Origin: Podarcis cretensis
Taxonomy: Eukaryota
Length of the DNA: 64,000 nt
Assembly: GCA_951804945.1 (NCBI GenBank)
Contig: OX638150.1
Span: forward strand, 66,030,001 to 66,094,000
Direction: 5' to 3'
Positions 36,560 through 49,108 of the stretch are shown piece after piece (the first letter of the stretch is position 1; the number at the start of each line of letters is the position of its first letter). Under the pieces are notes generated by a model. It saw only the letters and a program-made list of their open reading frames with translations, made no database searches and had not been told where the DNA came from. The position numbers were made by a program, and so were the translations under genes.

Positions 36560-39450
36560 ACGCGGGATCTACTCCGAAAAGGATCCATAGGATCCGGCCA
36601 TTCGGCAGGCTACCTTATTTACGTTATTTGGTTACTCCCAAAAGCAAACAGCTGGGACTAGCTAGCTATAGCTTCGCTGGAGTCGAGCAGGCCGTGTTGT
36701 GCCTCCCGAGGGCTAGCCGGAGCCGGGAAGCAGGGTGGCGGCGCCTGCGCGGAGAGGCCCCAAGTCGGCAACCGCGCCTGCTTCGGTCCCTTTAAGGAGC
36801 GTCTCCTCTTTCTCGCCGAGTTGCATCAGGCACGCGCGCGTCCCGTCCCCGGCGCACCCACCGCCCTGAGCTCGGGCTACCTGCCCGCTCGCTCGCCTTC
36901 CCCAACTTCCTAGGCGCGCTCGCGACCGAGGCCGGCGTGCGCGCTCCTGGGGGCCTCTCTAAGGCGGAGCTGGCTGAAGGGCGCGCGCTCCCGCCCGGCC
37001 AGTCGCGTGGTCTCCTTGCTTCTCCATATTGCTGCGGCGGCATTAGAGGAGACGGGGAGGGGGCACGCCGGGGTTGGGTTTCAAGGGTGGGGGGAGGAAG
37101 CCGGCGGCTCGAGCCCCCACCCCGTGGCTCCGGGGTGCGCATCTGACTGAGGAAGGGGTTGGCGGGCGCAGAAAGAGAGAGAAAGAGGGGAGGCAGGAGA
37201 GCTCCGGGCGAGGCGAGGCGGTTTTCGGGGGTGGGAGGGGGAAGTCGGCAAAGTTTGGGGCGGGCGCGTGTTGTCCGGGGAGAGCCTGGAGCCGGGGGCA
37301 CGAGGCGGCTCCGCGGGGGCGCAGATGGCTACCCAGGTGGAGGCTCTCCTGCCCGCGAACCCCCTGCTGCCTTCCGAGGAGCACGGGCTGGTGATGAAGA
37401 AGCCTCAGGAGAAAGGGGAGCAGCACCTCCTGCACCAAGGAGAGAAGGCCAACGCCGACGAGGGCAAGGGGGGCGGCCCCGACAGCTGCAGCAAGGAAGG
37501 CGGCGGCGGCGGCGGCAACGTGGGGGAGCAGCATCTGCGCCGAAACGGGGCGCTGCTCAAGCCCCCCAGCATCAAGCAGCAGAAGGAGGACAGTAACAAC
37601 CAGGAGAAGGAGAACCTGCTGCACCAGAGGAGCGGCGGCGGCGGCGGCGGCACCGACTCGACGCGGCTGCCCAGCGAGGCCGGTAGCAGCAGCAGCGGCG
37701 GCGAGGAGGGCGGCGAGCCGGGAGGCGTTGGGCGCAAGGAATTCATCGAGGCCCCCCCGCCCAAGGTGAACCCTTGGACTAAGAACGCCCCGGTGGCGCT
37801 GGTCACCCTCAACGGACAGTCGCCCCCAGGTGGGTAGCAGCGGGGGACCCGGGCGAGGGAGGGAGGGAGGGAGGGGCGGTGCTTTCGGTGATGGTGGTCT
37901 CGTTTGGGGCAATCGGCGAAGGAAGAGCGTCGCGGCCACTGGCGGAGGGCGATCTTCCCTCCGCAATATGGTGACATTTTCCCTTCTCCACACACACACC
38001 CGCCTCCCCCCCCCCCCGACGGTGGAACTCCACCCCGTCTTTGTCCATCTGCATCCACCCTGCTTGTACTTCACCTCGCCCTCCGCTCCTTGATCCGCTT
38101 CGTTATAAGAAAAATTAATGGGGGGGATGGGGAGAGCGAGCGCGGGATCGATGGCAGGCAAATGGAGGGTGGATGCAAGCATGGTGGGACGGGGCTTTCG
38201 AAATCGAGCGTGAGACGTCCAAGGCCTTGCTCGCTGGGAAACACGCCCGCGCTGGGCATGGGTGGAACTACCTTTATTGCAGGGAAAGAAAAGAAGGGGG
38301 GAGCGGGAGGAAGGGTGCCACCCGCGCGTGCCTCCCCATTTCCCGCGTGCGTGCTCAGGGAATCGGGCTTTTCCTGTGGGAACTAATAAATCTTTTAAGA
38401 CTTAAACCCCGCGGCGAGCGGGCACGGAAGGCACCCCCGCCGTTGCAGCACTGATCGGATCGTGAATGTTTCATGAGCGATCTCCCCCCCCCCCGCCGCT
38501 TCCTTTCCCCGAATAGCCTCGCTTTTTAAATGGCGTGGTGGTTGGTTGGCTGAGGGGGAGAGGAGCTCGTGAGGCTTAGACGTAACCCCGACCGAAAGTC
38601 GGCAGAGAAGCCCGGCATATTTGGGGTGTGTTGAGTGTGACTGTGACCTTTCAAAGTAGCCGGAGAGGATTTAAAAATGCAGGTTGGCTGTTGTTGTTTA
38701 AAACTGTCGAACGTTTATTTGTCTTATACACGGGGGGGGGGCGCGGACAGCTGGGGGCCCCTTTGGAGAAAGACCCCTGAGGAGAGCATGTTGTATGCAA
38801 ATAGGCATAGGAAAGGGAAGGCCCCAAAGGCTGGACGCGGCCCGGCGGCGCCCGCGCTGTGAGGCGGGGAGCGGGAGGCGGTGCGTTTCCGAAGGTTCCT
38901 CGCCGCGCCGCTCTAGGCCCCGGTGCAAACGTGCCTCTGGCGACGGTTTGAAAGCTCCCGTCGCTCAGCGCCCCGCCGCCCAATGGCCGGGCGTGGGTGT
39001 GTGTGTGACTCTGTGCGCCGCCGTGCTCGGCGCTTCCTCCCTTTCCCAGCATTCCGCTGCAGCAAAGGCAACGTGGTTTTTCTGTCGCGGAGAGCATGTG
39101 ATTTCTCCTGAGCTCGCCGTGGGGCCTTCCCGTTTGGACCTCTCTTCCTTTCACTCCCCGCCAGTCCAACAACACCAACCCCCGGGCCGCCGCTCGCCTT
39201 TCTTTTGACAGGCGGCTCCGAAGAAACACCCCCACCCCCTTTCAGGGCCTCAGCGCGTATTTTTCCGAGGGTGACAGTGAAACCCGCTCTCCCCCCCCCC
39301 CACCCCGTCAAGCGGGTGAGAGCAGGAAAAGATGAGCTAGGCCTCGCACATGGAAGCTGGGCTTCCCATGTGCGGCCCCGTCCTCTGCAGTACCGCCTCC
39401 CCCCTTTCAGTAACCCCGAAACACTCGCGGACACGTGTTACAATGCTACT
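36560..39450. promoter_or_regulatory. CpG island: LARP1 promoter, 5'UTR and start of intron 1
   Basis: Abrupt rise in GC and CpG density against CpG-depleted flanks; NRF1-type GCGCCTGCGC at 36741-36750; GC boxes; YY1-like CCATATT at about 37024-37030. Confidence 0.9.
37325..37829 (+). CDS. LARP1: La-related protein 1, first coding exon (168 codons + 1 nt, phase-1 intron follows)
   Basis: Translation MATQVEALLPANPLLPSEEHGLVMKKP...GEEGGEPGGVGRKEFIEAPPPKVNPWTKNAPVALVTLNGQSPP matches the vertebrate LARP1 N-terminus as I recall it (MATQVE..., FVEAPPPKVNPWTKN..., NGQSPP). Canonical donor CCAG|GTGGGT at 37829/37830. Lies inside a CpG island. Confidence 0.96.
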
Positions 39451-42400
39451 GGAGGATCCATATGGTAGTGGATGTGGGACAAAGGTCTTCTAAAAGTCCA
39501 CGTGGGCTTATATCCTTTGTAGGTTAAAGCTGCTGGGCCTTTTCATCCTTCGGGGTTTGAACTGGGCCAGTACTGTGACATTTAAACCTTCGGCCTGGGT
39601 TCTCAGTGTGTTCATAGTTGGGATTCAGATGACATGCTCTAGCCCTCTATTTCTAGCTTTGAAACTGGGGGAAGAGTGGAATAGAGAGGCTGGAGACTTG
39701 CCTGTTACACTGAGGCGGTCGCTTGGAATGTTACAGCAACTTTCTCCACCTTTTGACATATATAGATGGCCTTGGAGAAATTCAAGAGAGTATTGCATAA
39801 TCAGACCACTACCAGAAAGCTGTTTCTTATATGCCCCTTCCATATGTTCCTGGATGATATGCAGGGAGGGCAGGCATAACTTATTACAGGAGAGATAGCT
39901 AAGCTCCTGTTTAGCTTATGGAGGTGAAATCTGAACTGCTTTTTGAGGAAACAACAACAAAAGGAGGAGTTTTAAACTAGCTTTATTGAGTCCAAGTCTT
40001 TAAAATTGTTTATATTATTGCCAAACATAATACTAGATTGCTCATGAATGCTTGTACTATATTATATGATGAATCATCAAGTTTTACTGACTCCTGTAAG
40101 ACGCACTGCTGTGCAGCACCTGGCTCAAATGCTGTTTTTCTCCCTTCAAAATCAGGGAGTGGTAGTGCTTATTTTCACAAATGCAAGATCATTAGAATAG
40201 ATTTAATAATACTGTCCAGTCTGTTCAACTGTGTCAGCTTAGAAGTATGATAATACTGGCTTGTTGGGACATATTTATGAACGAGTCTTCCAGAGGTTAA
40301 AGTTCCATTACGTAGAGAGTTTCTAGCATGCTTTGTATAATATTGAGTATACTTGGAACACTTGGGATACTTCATGTGTTAAACTAGTTGGGTAAATTAC
40401 TTTTTTGCTTTACTTTTGCTGGTAAGATACCATAACTGAAATTCATTATTTAAATGTTTTTGTTTTTAATGAACCTTTTATGTAGGTGAACATATGTAAA
40501 ACTTTATGAGGAAGCCCATAACAGAACAATAGTACAAATAGACTTTGTCCCTAAATAAGAAATGTCACTTTTGTGAAAGAAACATGTATAGGGCACAATG
40601 CACTTGTGTGGTGGGCACTTTACCTACAAACGGAAGATTCCAGTAGTGATTAACAGTTTTGTTCTCCTATGCCCTTCTCCTCTTACCTGTGTGTGCACAC
40701 AGGTAGGTGGTATGACAGGACAGCCACCTCACATATCCCCATACTGATATTCTATCATCACCTGATGCAAGCACAGCTAACTTGCAATGTATGGAGAGGG
40801 AGGACTGGACAGGGATATTGGAAGTACTTGCAAATCTCCCCCCACCCAATTGACTTGTTCACAAGTGCCATCTCATGGTGCAAATGGATCATACCCATAG
40901 TGTTTCAGTAATCCACCTTTTGTAGGGCTGTCTAAAAAGCCCCCTGGTAAAGCAAATGCTGCAAAGATTTCTGCTTCTTGGCAGCAGTGGCCATAATTTG
41001 TACAACACTAGCTTTGGCAAATTATTCCGCTCTCGTAGCACTGTTTTTTCTGCTGCTTGTTATTTTATATATAATTTGCAACATAAACATGATGTAGTTG
41101 GAAAATACCAGATTGAACCATGCAGTGATTGAGAACTATGTGATAGGCTTTGGTTTAAGGTGGCTTTCTTTTATAGCATGTTGCACAAATTTAAAAACTT
41201 AATATGGGAGTTTTCTCTATTTAGTACTTTTTGCTTGAAAATATATGTGTAAGCATCCTGAAGTTTCTGTGCTAAGAAAAAGCTTTGTGCGTTGTAGTAA
41301 TGATTTCTAAAGCTTAATATTGGCAAAGGTGATGTGGCAGCTGTTTTTCTATATTTGGGAAATTTGCCCACAACTGATTTGGGGAAAAATGCTACTTGCA
41401 AATAAGTCTATAACTTGTATCAAACTGCTAGTGTATAAATATATATGTATAATTTTCAGCAGCTTCTGGCACTGACTTAGTCGCAAAGTTGCTGCATCAT
41501 GCCCCTCTGGACCATGCCGGAGGCTATGTTTCAGTGTAGCCATAACACCAACTCCTGGTTTGGTTCCACAAGAATTTTGCTTGACTTGAATCCAGGTTGC
41601 AGACCTCAAAGCAGACTTGTAATCCTGGTTTCAAGACAAGTGCAAAGCATAATTTTCCAGCTCCCACATAATTAAAAATAATGGTTTGTGATAAAAAGAA
41701 AGTCACATTGACTTAGCACGTATAGGGGGAGGGGAAGTGTGCTAGCACAAGGCTCATGCATGGAATACCAAATCATTGTTTGGCATTATGTGTGAACCAG
41801 CCTTGTTCTTGATTACCCAGAACAATGGATATGACATCCTAAAAGTATAATTGAGCTTTTCAGCTTGCTGTTTGAATTTTGCCTGTAGTATTGGGCAACA
41901 GACTGAAGGGTTGTAAGATAGAAGTGCAACATCAAATGTGATGCCAAATATAATGATATTTTAAATTGTGCTTCTTTCAGGAATGTCTTTAAATAATGAT
42001 GCTACACTGAATGGCACAAACAAGATTTTATCTGAGGAGCTAAGTTCAGTCCAAGGGTGCATATTGAGAATTCTGAAAAGCATTTGTAGGTGAATTACAA
42101 AAGTTTGTGGAAGGTACAGTTGTAGATTATTTATTTTGACAACCTGGTATGGTCAGTGCATGTTTGTGTAGAATCCCACTGTTTTCAATGGGATCAACAT
42201 TCAAAGAGCATAGTAATGGACTTGCTATTAAGGCTGGTGGCAAGTAGACTGGTGACTCTCAAACATTTAACGTATTTTGATTTTAAAAAGCAATTTTCTG
42301 CATGCAGTTAGGACAAGCGAAGGTGCTGCATGTCAGAGCTTGATTAGCTAGGAGGAAGTTGTCTTATATCTGAGCTTTGCCATAATGGGATATAGGCCTG

Positions 42401-43886
42401 TCTGGGAGCTTGCTGGTTTTTGAGGAAAAGTTGAGAAAGCAGCCATTGCTTTTTGTACATCCATGCTTTGTTTTATGGTAATACAAAAGTAACATAAATT
42501 CAGAAAGCGATTGAGTATTGTGGTTTCCCCCAATAAGTCCTGGAAATGTGTGTGTCTATAATCTCTGGGACTTTCATAGTTCTACACTTGGATGGTCGCT
42601 ACAGATTAAGTTACAGCAGATTAAAGTGGCAGGCCAATGCATGGTTATTCAGTAGTCAGTGAACAGAGCTTGTTCACAAACATGCTAATGATCAGAATGT
42701 AGAGAGTGATCGCTGGAATAGGATAGTGTGATAAATCATTGTTTGACTTGTGAGGTAGTTGCAGGTTCACTTAACACAGATAAGTAATGCTTTAATTGCT
42801 GTTCCATCCCAGTATGGTGATGTGCAAGATGGTCTTCTGTGTTGTTGTTCCCCAAATCTGGAATGTCTTTCTCACTGAAGCTCAGACAGCAGAAACTCTG
42901 GTAGTTTCCGCTGACTTGTAGAAATAACCTGCTTTTCCCAGGCATTTGCAGTAAATCAGTAAGTACTCTCTGGTTTAATTCTCATCCTGTTTCTCAATTA
43001 ATTATTTTATTATTGGGCTGTTTTTAAATCATGGTTAGATTTTTTGCTTTGTTGGAAATCACCCTTGGATCATGTTGATGTGATGAAAGCTGGCCTATAA
43101 ACTGGAGGACTAAATAAATAATAAACAGAATATTTGGATCTTCTAGTCTGGAAAACAGTAGACCGTGCAGAGGAGGTTTATGTGCACTTTACTACTATTG
43201 CAACTGATATATAAAAGAAACCGCACAATTTTGGATTCTATATTTCTGAGAAGAGCCATTGTGTTGCCTCTGAGGTTGCCTGGTGTATGAATCTGATATG
43301 TCACAGTTGCTCAGTCAATTAGCCAAAAATTTTAAAATCACCTTATGGTTTTCCATGAGTTGAACAAACACATTTTTGTGTCTTGTGGTCTTATAAATTA
43401 ATATATGAACTATACTTCTTGAGAAGTTAGCCAAGTGTCCTATTCTCCACCCCTTTTTGCATGATTTTGTAGGATAAGGTGTTCCTCCACAGGGACACAC
43501 CTTGATTCACCCTAATCTTAAAAGTTTCCATCCTAATTGTTTTCTGTTTGAAAAGGTTATTAAAATAACATGTGACTCAGCTGACTGCTGCAGAAAAGTG
43601 AGAGCTGAAGCGCACTTACTTCAGTTCAACCATGAAACTAATTTTGCTAGTTGTGAGAGAGCTGACAGCAGCATGGTTCCAACCTTTTTTCTGCAACATG
43701 TCACAGCATTGTGGGTGGGACTAGATAACGTATCAGCAGCATGTTTTGCCCCTTTCTGTGACATACTGCAGTATTGTTGGCTTTGATTAACTCTCCAGAA
43801 ATCGTAGGGCTGCAACATCCATCATCCCCGACTATTGGCCATGCTGGCTGGGGCTGAGGGAAATTGTGATCTTAAAACATCTAGAG

Positions 43887-44023
43887 TAGGCTTCCTCAAC
43901 CTCGGCCCTCCAGATGTTTTGAGACTACAATTCCCATCATCCCTGACCACTGGTCCTGCTAGCTAGGGATCATGGGAGTTGTAGGCCAAAAAATATCTGG
44001 AGGGCCGAAGTTGAGGGAGCCTG
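43887..44023. mobile_element. Palindromic hAT MITE nested in an older relative
   Basis: TIRs TAGGCTTCCTCAAC / GTTGAGGGAGCCTG; TSD ATCTAGAG/AACTAGAG; host remnant at about 43805-43886 plus 44032-44050. Confidence 0.85.
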
Positions 44024-44614
44024 AACTAGAGGGCACCAGGTAGGTAAAGATGGTTTTAGAGTAAGGGCAGAATTGCAGTGTTGGAATTCATCACCAAATG
44101 TACATGCAGCTTACTCCAAAATTAAAGGATATGTTATTTAAAAAGTTGGTTTAATTATGATCTACTACTCAGGAATGGTTTTTCTTCTTAATGTTTGACA
44201 GAAGTCATTTGGGTGGAATTTCTCCTTTTGAAGTGCATCAAAGGTCATTTATTCCCTTCACTGTGCCCTTCAGTTTTATTCTAGACCTTTGCTCTGTGCA
44301 CTGTTTGTTCAAGAGAAGCTGTGGAATGTAATGTTTGAGTGAAAACTGATTCACATCACATTGTCTGGTCCTCCCTAGAATAATCCTAAATCTCTAGGAT
44401 TTCCAACTGTAAAGGCTCTAGTTGCCTCTCATTCAAGTTTTCTACCCTGTTCTTTGGTTTGTTTTAACTGGAACTGTCTGGGCACTTGCATCCCAAGCCT
44501 AAATATGTTTGTTTGGAAGTGAGTACATTTATTTCTGTGTGATTTCCTCCCAAAGTAGCTATGTTTAAGGTTTTAGTCTTATGGTCATTTTAAGATTAAT
44601 GTATGAATATATTT

Positions 44615-44961
44615 GGGATGCAGGTGGCGCTGTGGGTTAAACCACAGAGCCTAGGACTTGCTGATCAGAAGGTTGGTGGTTCGGATCCCCGCGACGGGGT
44701 GAGCTCCCGTTACTCGGTCCCTGCTCCTGCCAACCTAGCAGTTCGAAAGCATGTCAAAGTGCAAGTAGATAAATAGGTACCGCTCCGGCATGAAGGTAAA
44801 TGGCGTTTCTGTGTGCTGCTCTAGCCAGAAGTGGCTTAGTCATGCTGGCCACATGACCTGGAAGCTGTACGCCAGCTCCCTCAGCCAATAAAGCGAGATG
44901 AGCACCGCAACCCCAGAGTCGGTCACGACTGGACCTAATGGTCAGGGGTCCCTTTACCTTT
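44615..44961 (+). mobile_element. Sauria SINE, full length
   Basis: GGGATGCAGGTGGCGCTGTGGGTTAAACC head with Pol III boxes, CCTTTACCTTT tail, 13-bp TSD TATGAATATATTT (44602-44614 / 44961-44973). Confidence 0.95.
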
Positions 44962-46141
44962 ATGAATATATTTCCCAAGAACAGTATGCAAGGGTGCTTA
45001 ATGTTATTTTAAAAGGAGGGAAATGAAGGATGTTCCCAGTTTAGAAAACATTTTTACATTGAATCTTAATGATAATCAGGGTGGATTGTGACTTCTGCAA
45101 GCCCTCTTCAAGTCTCAAACGTAAATTACTTTGAATGTAAACAAACTGATAATCACATGTTCTGTTGGTGATTTTTACATGGTAAGAATTGACAGATTTT
45201 TGACATTAGATGGTGTAAGATGCATTTTTCTTTAAAGCAGTTTCTCCACTAGGCGAAAGTGACATAAAGACAGTAATTGTTTTCTGTAAGAATAGGAATT
45301 CTTCATTACCTGCACCTGTATGAGACTCAAGATTCAGTCTCTCGCATTTTAAGTTGAGAATTTTATTAATAGTTATATGGCACTTGTTGCTAAATAAAAG
45401 TGTATCATATGCCCCTTTTTAGTAATTCTTGTAACACCTGTAAGATAGGCCAAGGTCTCCCATTTTGCTGATGTAGGGTGTTCGCTGAAATAGGGTGTAT
45501 CCAACTAACACATCCTGTCAGCACATGCATTTACATTTGCACAATGGAAATTCCCCCTCCTCTTCCCACAACCTCCTCAAATTTCCTTTAAGGGTTAGGA
45601 GAACCCTAGAACAGATTTAGGGATCATGCAGGGGGAGGAGAGAAGTTCCATAGCACTGATGGAATCCTTGCACTGATGGGATACATTAGTTGGATATCTC
45701 CCATAGTTGTTTACTTTAAAACACTTAAGTTGAAATTTCAATTGCTGTGGATCAGCTTTTCACTTCACCATATCTTTGAAGGAGCAGGATGGGCCAGTAA
45801 ATTGGATTTTACATTCCCACTCACCCCTGTGTTTTCTGATTGGCCTTTGGCAGGATTAGTGGAGTTGGTGACTCATGAAGCCGTAGCATGTACTATGCAA
45901 GTTGGATTTGTGTACATGCTAATAAATATCTCTGCCTCGGTTCTAGTCAGCAGGACAACAATATTAAGGTGTGACATTTTGAGGAAGCATGTGAGGTGAA
46001 GATAATTTTATGTGTCTTGCTGACACATGACCTGGACATAGGAATCATAGAAATTTTATAGTGAGTTTGTAGAAGGCCTGACTGAGACCTTGCAGAATTG
46101 ACTTCAACACATCTCCCTACTCTGAATGCTCCTAGTCAATA

Positions 46142-46321
46142 CAGTTGTACCTCGTGTTGCGTAACCTCCAGGTTACGGAATCTTCGGGTTACGGCCGTTG
46201 CAAACGCAGAAGTGCTCTGTGGCGCCATGCACGTGCACAGAAGCGGTTCTCCGGTTACGGAATTTTGGGGATACAGCCGGGCCTCTGGAACGGATCCCAT
46301 TCATAACCGAAGGTACCACTG
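46142..46321. mobile_element. Tigger/pogo-like MITE
   Basis: TA-CAGTTGTACCTC...AAGGTACCACTG-TA; CpG-rich interior. Confidence 0.85.
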
Positions 46322-47892
46322 TATTTTGTCTTGGCACAAGATTGGCACAAGATTGCTCCTTCTGGTCTCTTGGGCTACTTGTATGGTTTTCTTTGTTTTA
46401 TAGATAAGCCAGTTGTGTTGTGTACTGTGATACATATTATACATTATAGTTAAGGGAAGCTTGCTTGTTAATTTGGTCATAATTTTGATTTTTCTGGCTT
46501 TCTGTGGCTTCCTCAGTTTTGTATTTGAAGGTACATAAATAATTCAATAATTAAATCACTGGCTTAGGAATCCTGGTATAATGTACCTTTTAAAAACAGA
46601 GAAATAACTAAAATCCTGGTGATTGGCTTCATGCAAATGATAGGGACCCACATTTTATTGAGTAGTGAAGGGATTAATAGTGAAAAACGGCTTCATATTG
46701 TGGCCCTGCAGTGCAGTTGTTTAACCAGCAGTTTCTCTGGTCTGAGCAGAGACAATAGCTGATAGGACCTGGGAGCTGTGAATTTCACTGTTGAATGAAT
46801 TGATTAGCCTAGCATTGTGGAATTACTGGTTTATTTGCATAGGAATATATTTTGAAGTGCATGGAGGGAGGCATAGGATTTTTCACCAGGAAGAGGGGAC
46901 TCAACTTTGAATCATTTGGGGGATTTAGTTGTGTCAGTCATAGTTCCCTTTGTGTGGGACTCCACATATGCTAGTGAGTTTACATGGCAATTGGCTACAT
47001 TTAAAATATTTTCAACAAAGAAGGGTGGTTTCCCAAAGCAGCTGCCAGTTGTCCAATCTAGTGTGTGCAGTCTGTTTTAATAGGATGATTTTGTGTGGGT
47101 GGTTGTTAGAACTGCATGTCTTAAAATCCAAGAGGCTTGTTCTTGCATCCATAGGGCTAGCTGGTGTTTTTAAGCTATATGGGCAGTATCTTTGGTGAGA
47201 ATTTGATAGTATGGAAGAATGATTGGAGGACAATAATGGTATATTCAGTGTTAATCGGTTAACAGTTTATACTAATTGTTTTGAGCAACATCCTGGAAGT
47301 TGAGCTGCAGTTGACCTTTCTTACACTTTGCTTTTTGAAATACTGTTGGCACTTTAAATGGGCAAGAGTCATTCATCTTGTAGCCATAGCAGGCATTTTT
47401 GTCTTACTTATTTTCTGTGTCTTCAGGAGTGTCAGTGAAGCACTCATATTTAATCAAGTTACTTCAGACTTTAGTTCTGTTAGTTAGTTCACTTGCATAT
47501 AAAGTTCTCTGAATAAATGTTGCTTACTTTATATGTGGCTTGTACCTAAAACAAATGGCTCTCATACTCAGTGTTAGAGACTCAAATATATAAGCTAATT
47601 CTCAAATGGCACCTTAAACTTGCGTTATGGTTGCCACAATAGAATGTCTAGGTGCCTTTTTTGCATTGAAGTTTATTATTATTAATTCATTTTTGTACCG
47701 CTTTGTATTTTAAAGAACAAATATCAAAGTGGGTTACAACACATTAAAACATCAAATAAAACAATCCAGCCTAAAGCGGATTCAACCTTGAAGGAAAATA
47801 TTTCAGATCCTTTTCTAAGTGACATTTTGCTTATCCTATATTTCTTTACCTACTTAATTTATATAGCAGCCCCATAGCAAAAGTACCCTAGG

Positions 47893-48073
47893 AAGCCAGT
47901 GTAATGTAGTGGTTAGAGTGTCAAAGACATGGGAGATCAGAGTTCAAATCCCCACTCAGTCATGAAGTGCACTGGTGACCTTGGGCCAGTCACAGCCTCT
48001 TAACCTACCTCATGGGGGTGAACCATGTACTCCTTGGAGGAAGAGGTGGCCTATACGGTAAATGCAATAAATA
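47893..48073 (+). mobile_element. MIR/CORE-type SINE
   Basis: GCCAGTGTAATGTAGTGGTTAGAGTG...GTTCAAATCCCCACTCAGTCATGAAG...ACCTTGGGCCAGTCAC. Confidence 0.75.
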
Positions 48074-48972
48074 AGCTCTTCTGCTTACTTGCTTGAAAAA
48101 ACTGGAGGGGCCAGACAGATGGAGATGTCAGTCGGCAACCTGGCACCCAGAGATCTCCACGTGATCACAGTTGGACCTGTGCCAGTTGCAAAATGCATCT
48201 GGCTAATTTTTGACACCGATCCTGAGCATTTCAAGTTCCTCATTAGCTCCGTAAGGGCCCCATGGGCACATGGTGTATATGGCAGGGGTGGAGGAACTTT
48301 TGGTATTTGAAATGCAGGGTTCTCTTAAGGCCCCACCTTTCACCTTGAGTGCTTTAGCCGTTCTTATCTATGATAATGCCTCTTGCTTGCTTAGGAGGAT
48401 AGAAAGAGTTGTGTGCAAAAAACCCCCCCACCTTTGACTTTTACTCTTCATAGAGGCTGCTCTTTCTCTTTCCTTGAATTTGTGCACAGAATCCCTTGTT
48501 AGTGTGTAGTAAGAGCCAAGAATGTCCCCCCAAATCTCCTCAGTTATGAATTTACTGGATGGACTTGCAGAGCTGTAAGGAAGGGTTAATGAGATAGTCT
48601 AGGTAAAGAATGGGCCCGCATTTTGTTCATTCAGTGTCATAAGGCAGTCTAGTAAGGCTAAAACCTGTCATTCTCCTTTTAAGAACAAGGTCCACATTAA
48701 ATGGCATAACAGAGCTTCACTTGCAGTTTCTGTCACAGGTGAAGGTTTGTCTCTTTGGAAATATTTGCTGGTGAAAGAGCAAGATAATCTTTTGCTAGGT
48801 GTGGGACTTCCTTGTCTATGAATGTCACAACTTCTGAAGAGGAACAAGGACCGACATCTTGCTGCAAAATAGCCCCAGTCTTACTAATATTTGTGGTGCA
48901 GTCTGTGTGAGAAGGTGTTTAGCAGAATGGCTGCTTCCTGTGGAAATCCATTGGAGTGCCCAGTACATATGG

Positions 48973-49108
48973 CAGGCATAGGCAAACTCGGCCCTCCAGA
49001 TGTTTTGAGACTACAATTCCCATCATCTCTGACCACTGGTCCTGTTAGCTAGGGATGATGGGAGTTGTAGTCCCAAAACATCTGGAGGGCTGAGTTTGCC
49101 TATGCCTG
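48973..49108. mobile_element. Palindromic hAT MITE, young
   Basis: TIR CAGGCATAGGCAAACTC / GAGTTTGCCTATGCCTG; perfect 8-bp TSD ACATATGG (48965-48972 / 49109-49116). Confidence 0.93.

Noticed and set aside
37268-37837. ORF-track 189-aa protein as a complete gene
   Set aside because: Homology starts at ATG 37325, and the stop at 37835-37837 lies in the intron after the GT donor.
37043-38182. 379-aa antisense ORF and other overlapping ORFs across the CpG island
   Set aside because: Expected by-product of very high GC content and the GC3-rich LARP1 exon on the opposite strand; low complexity with no recognisable domain.
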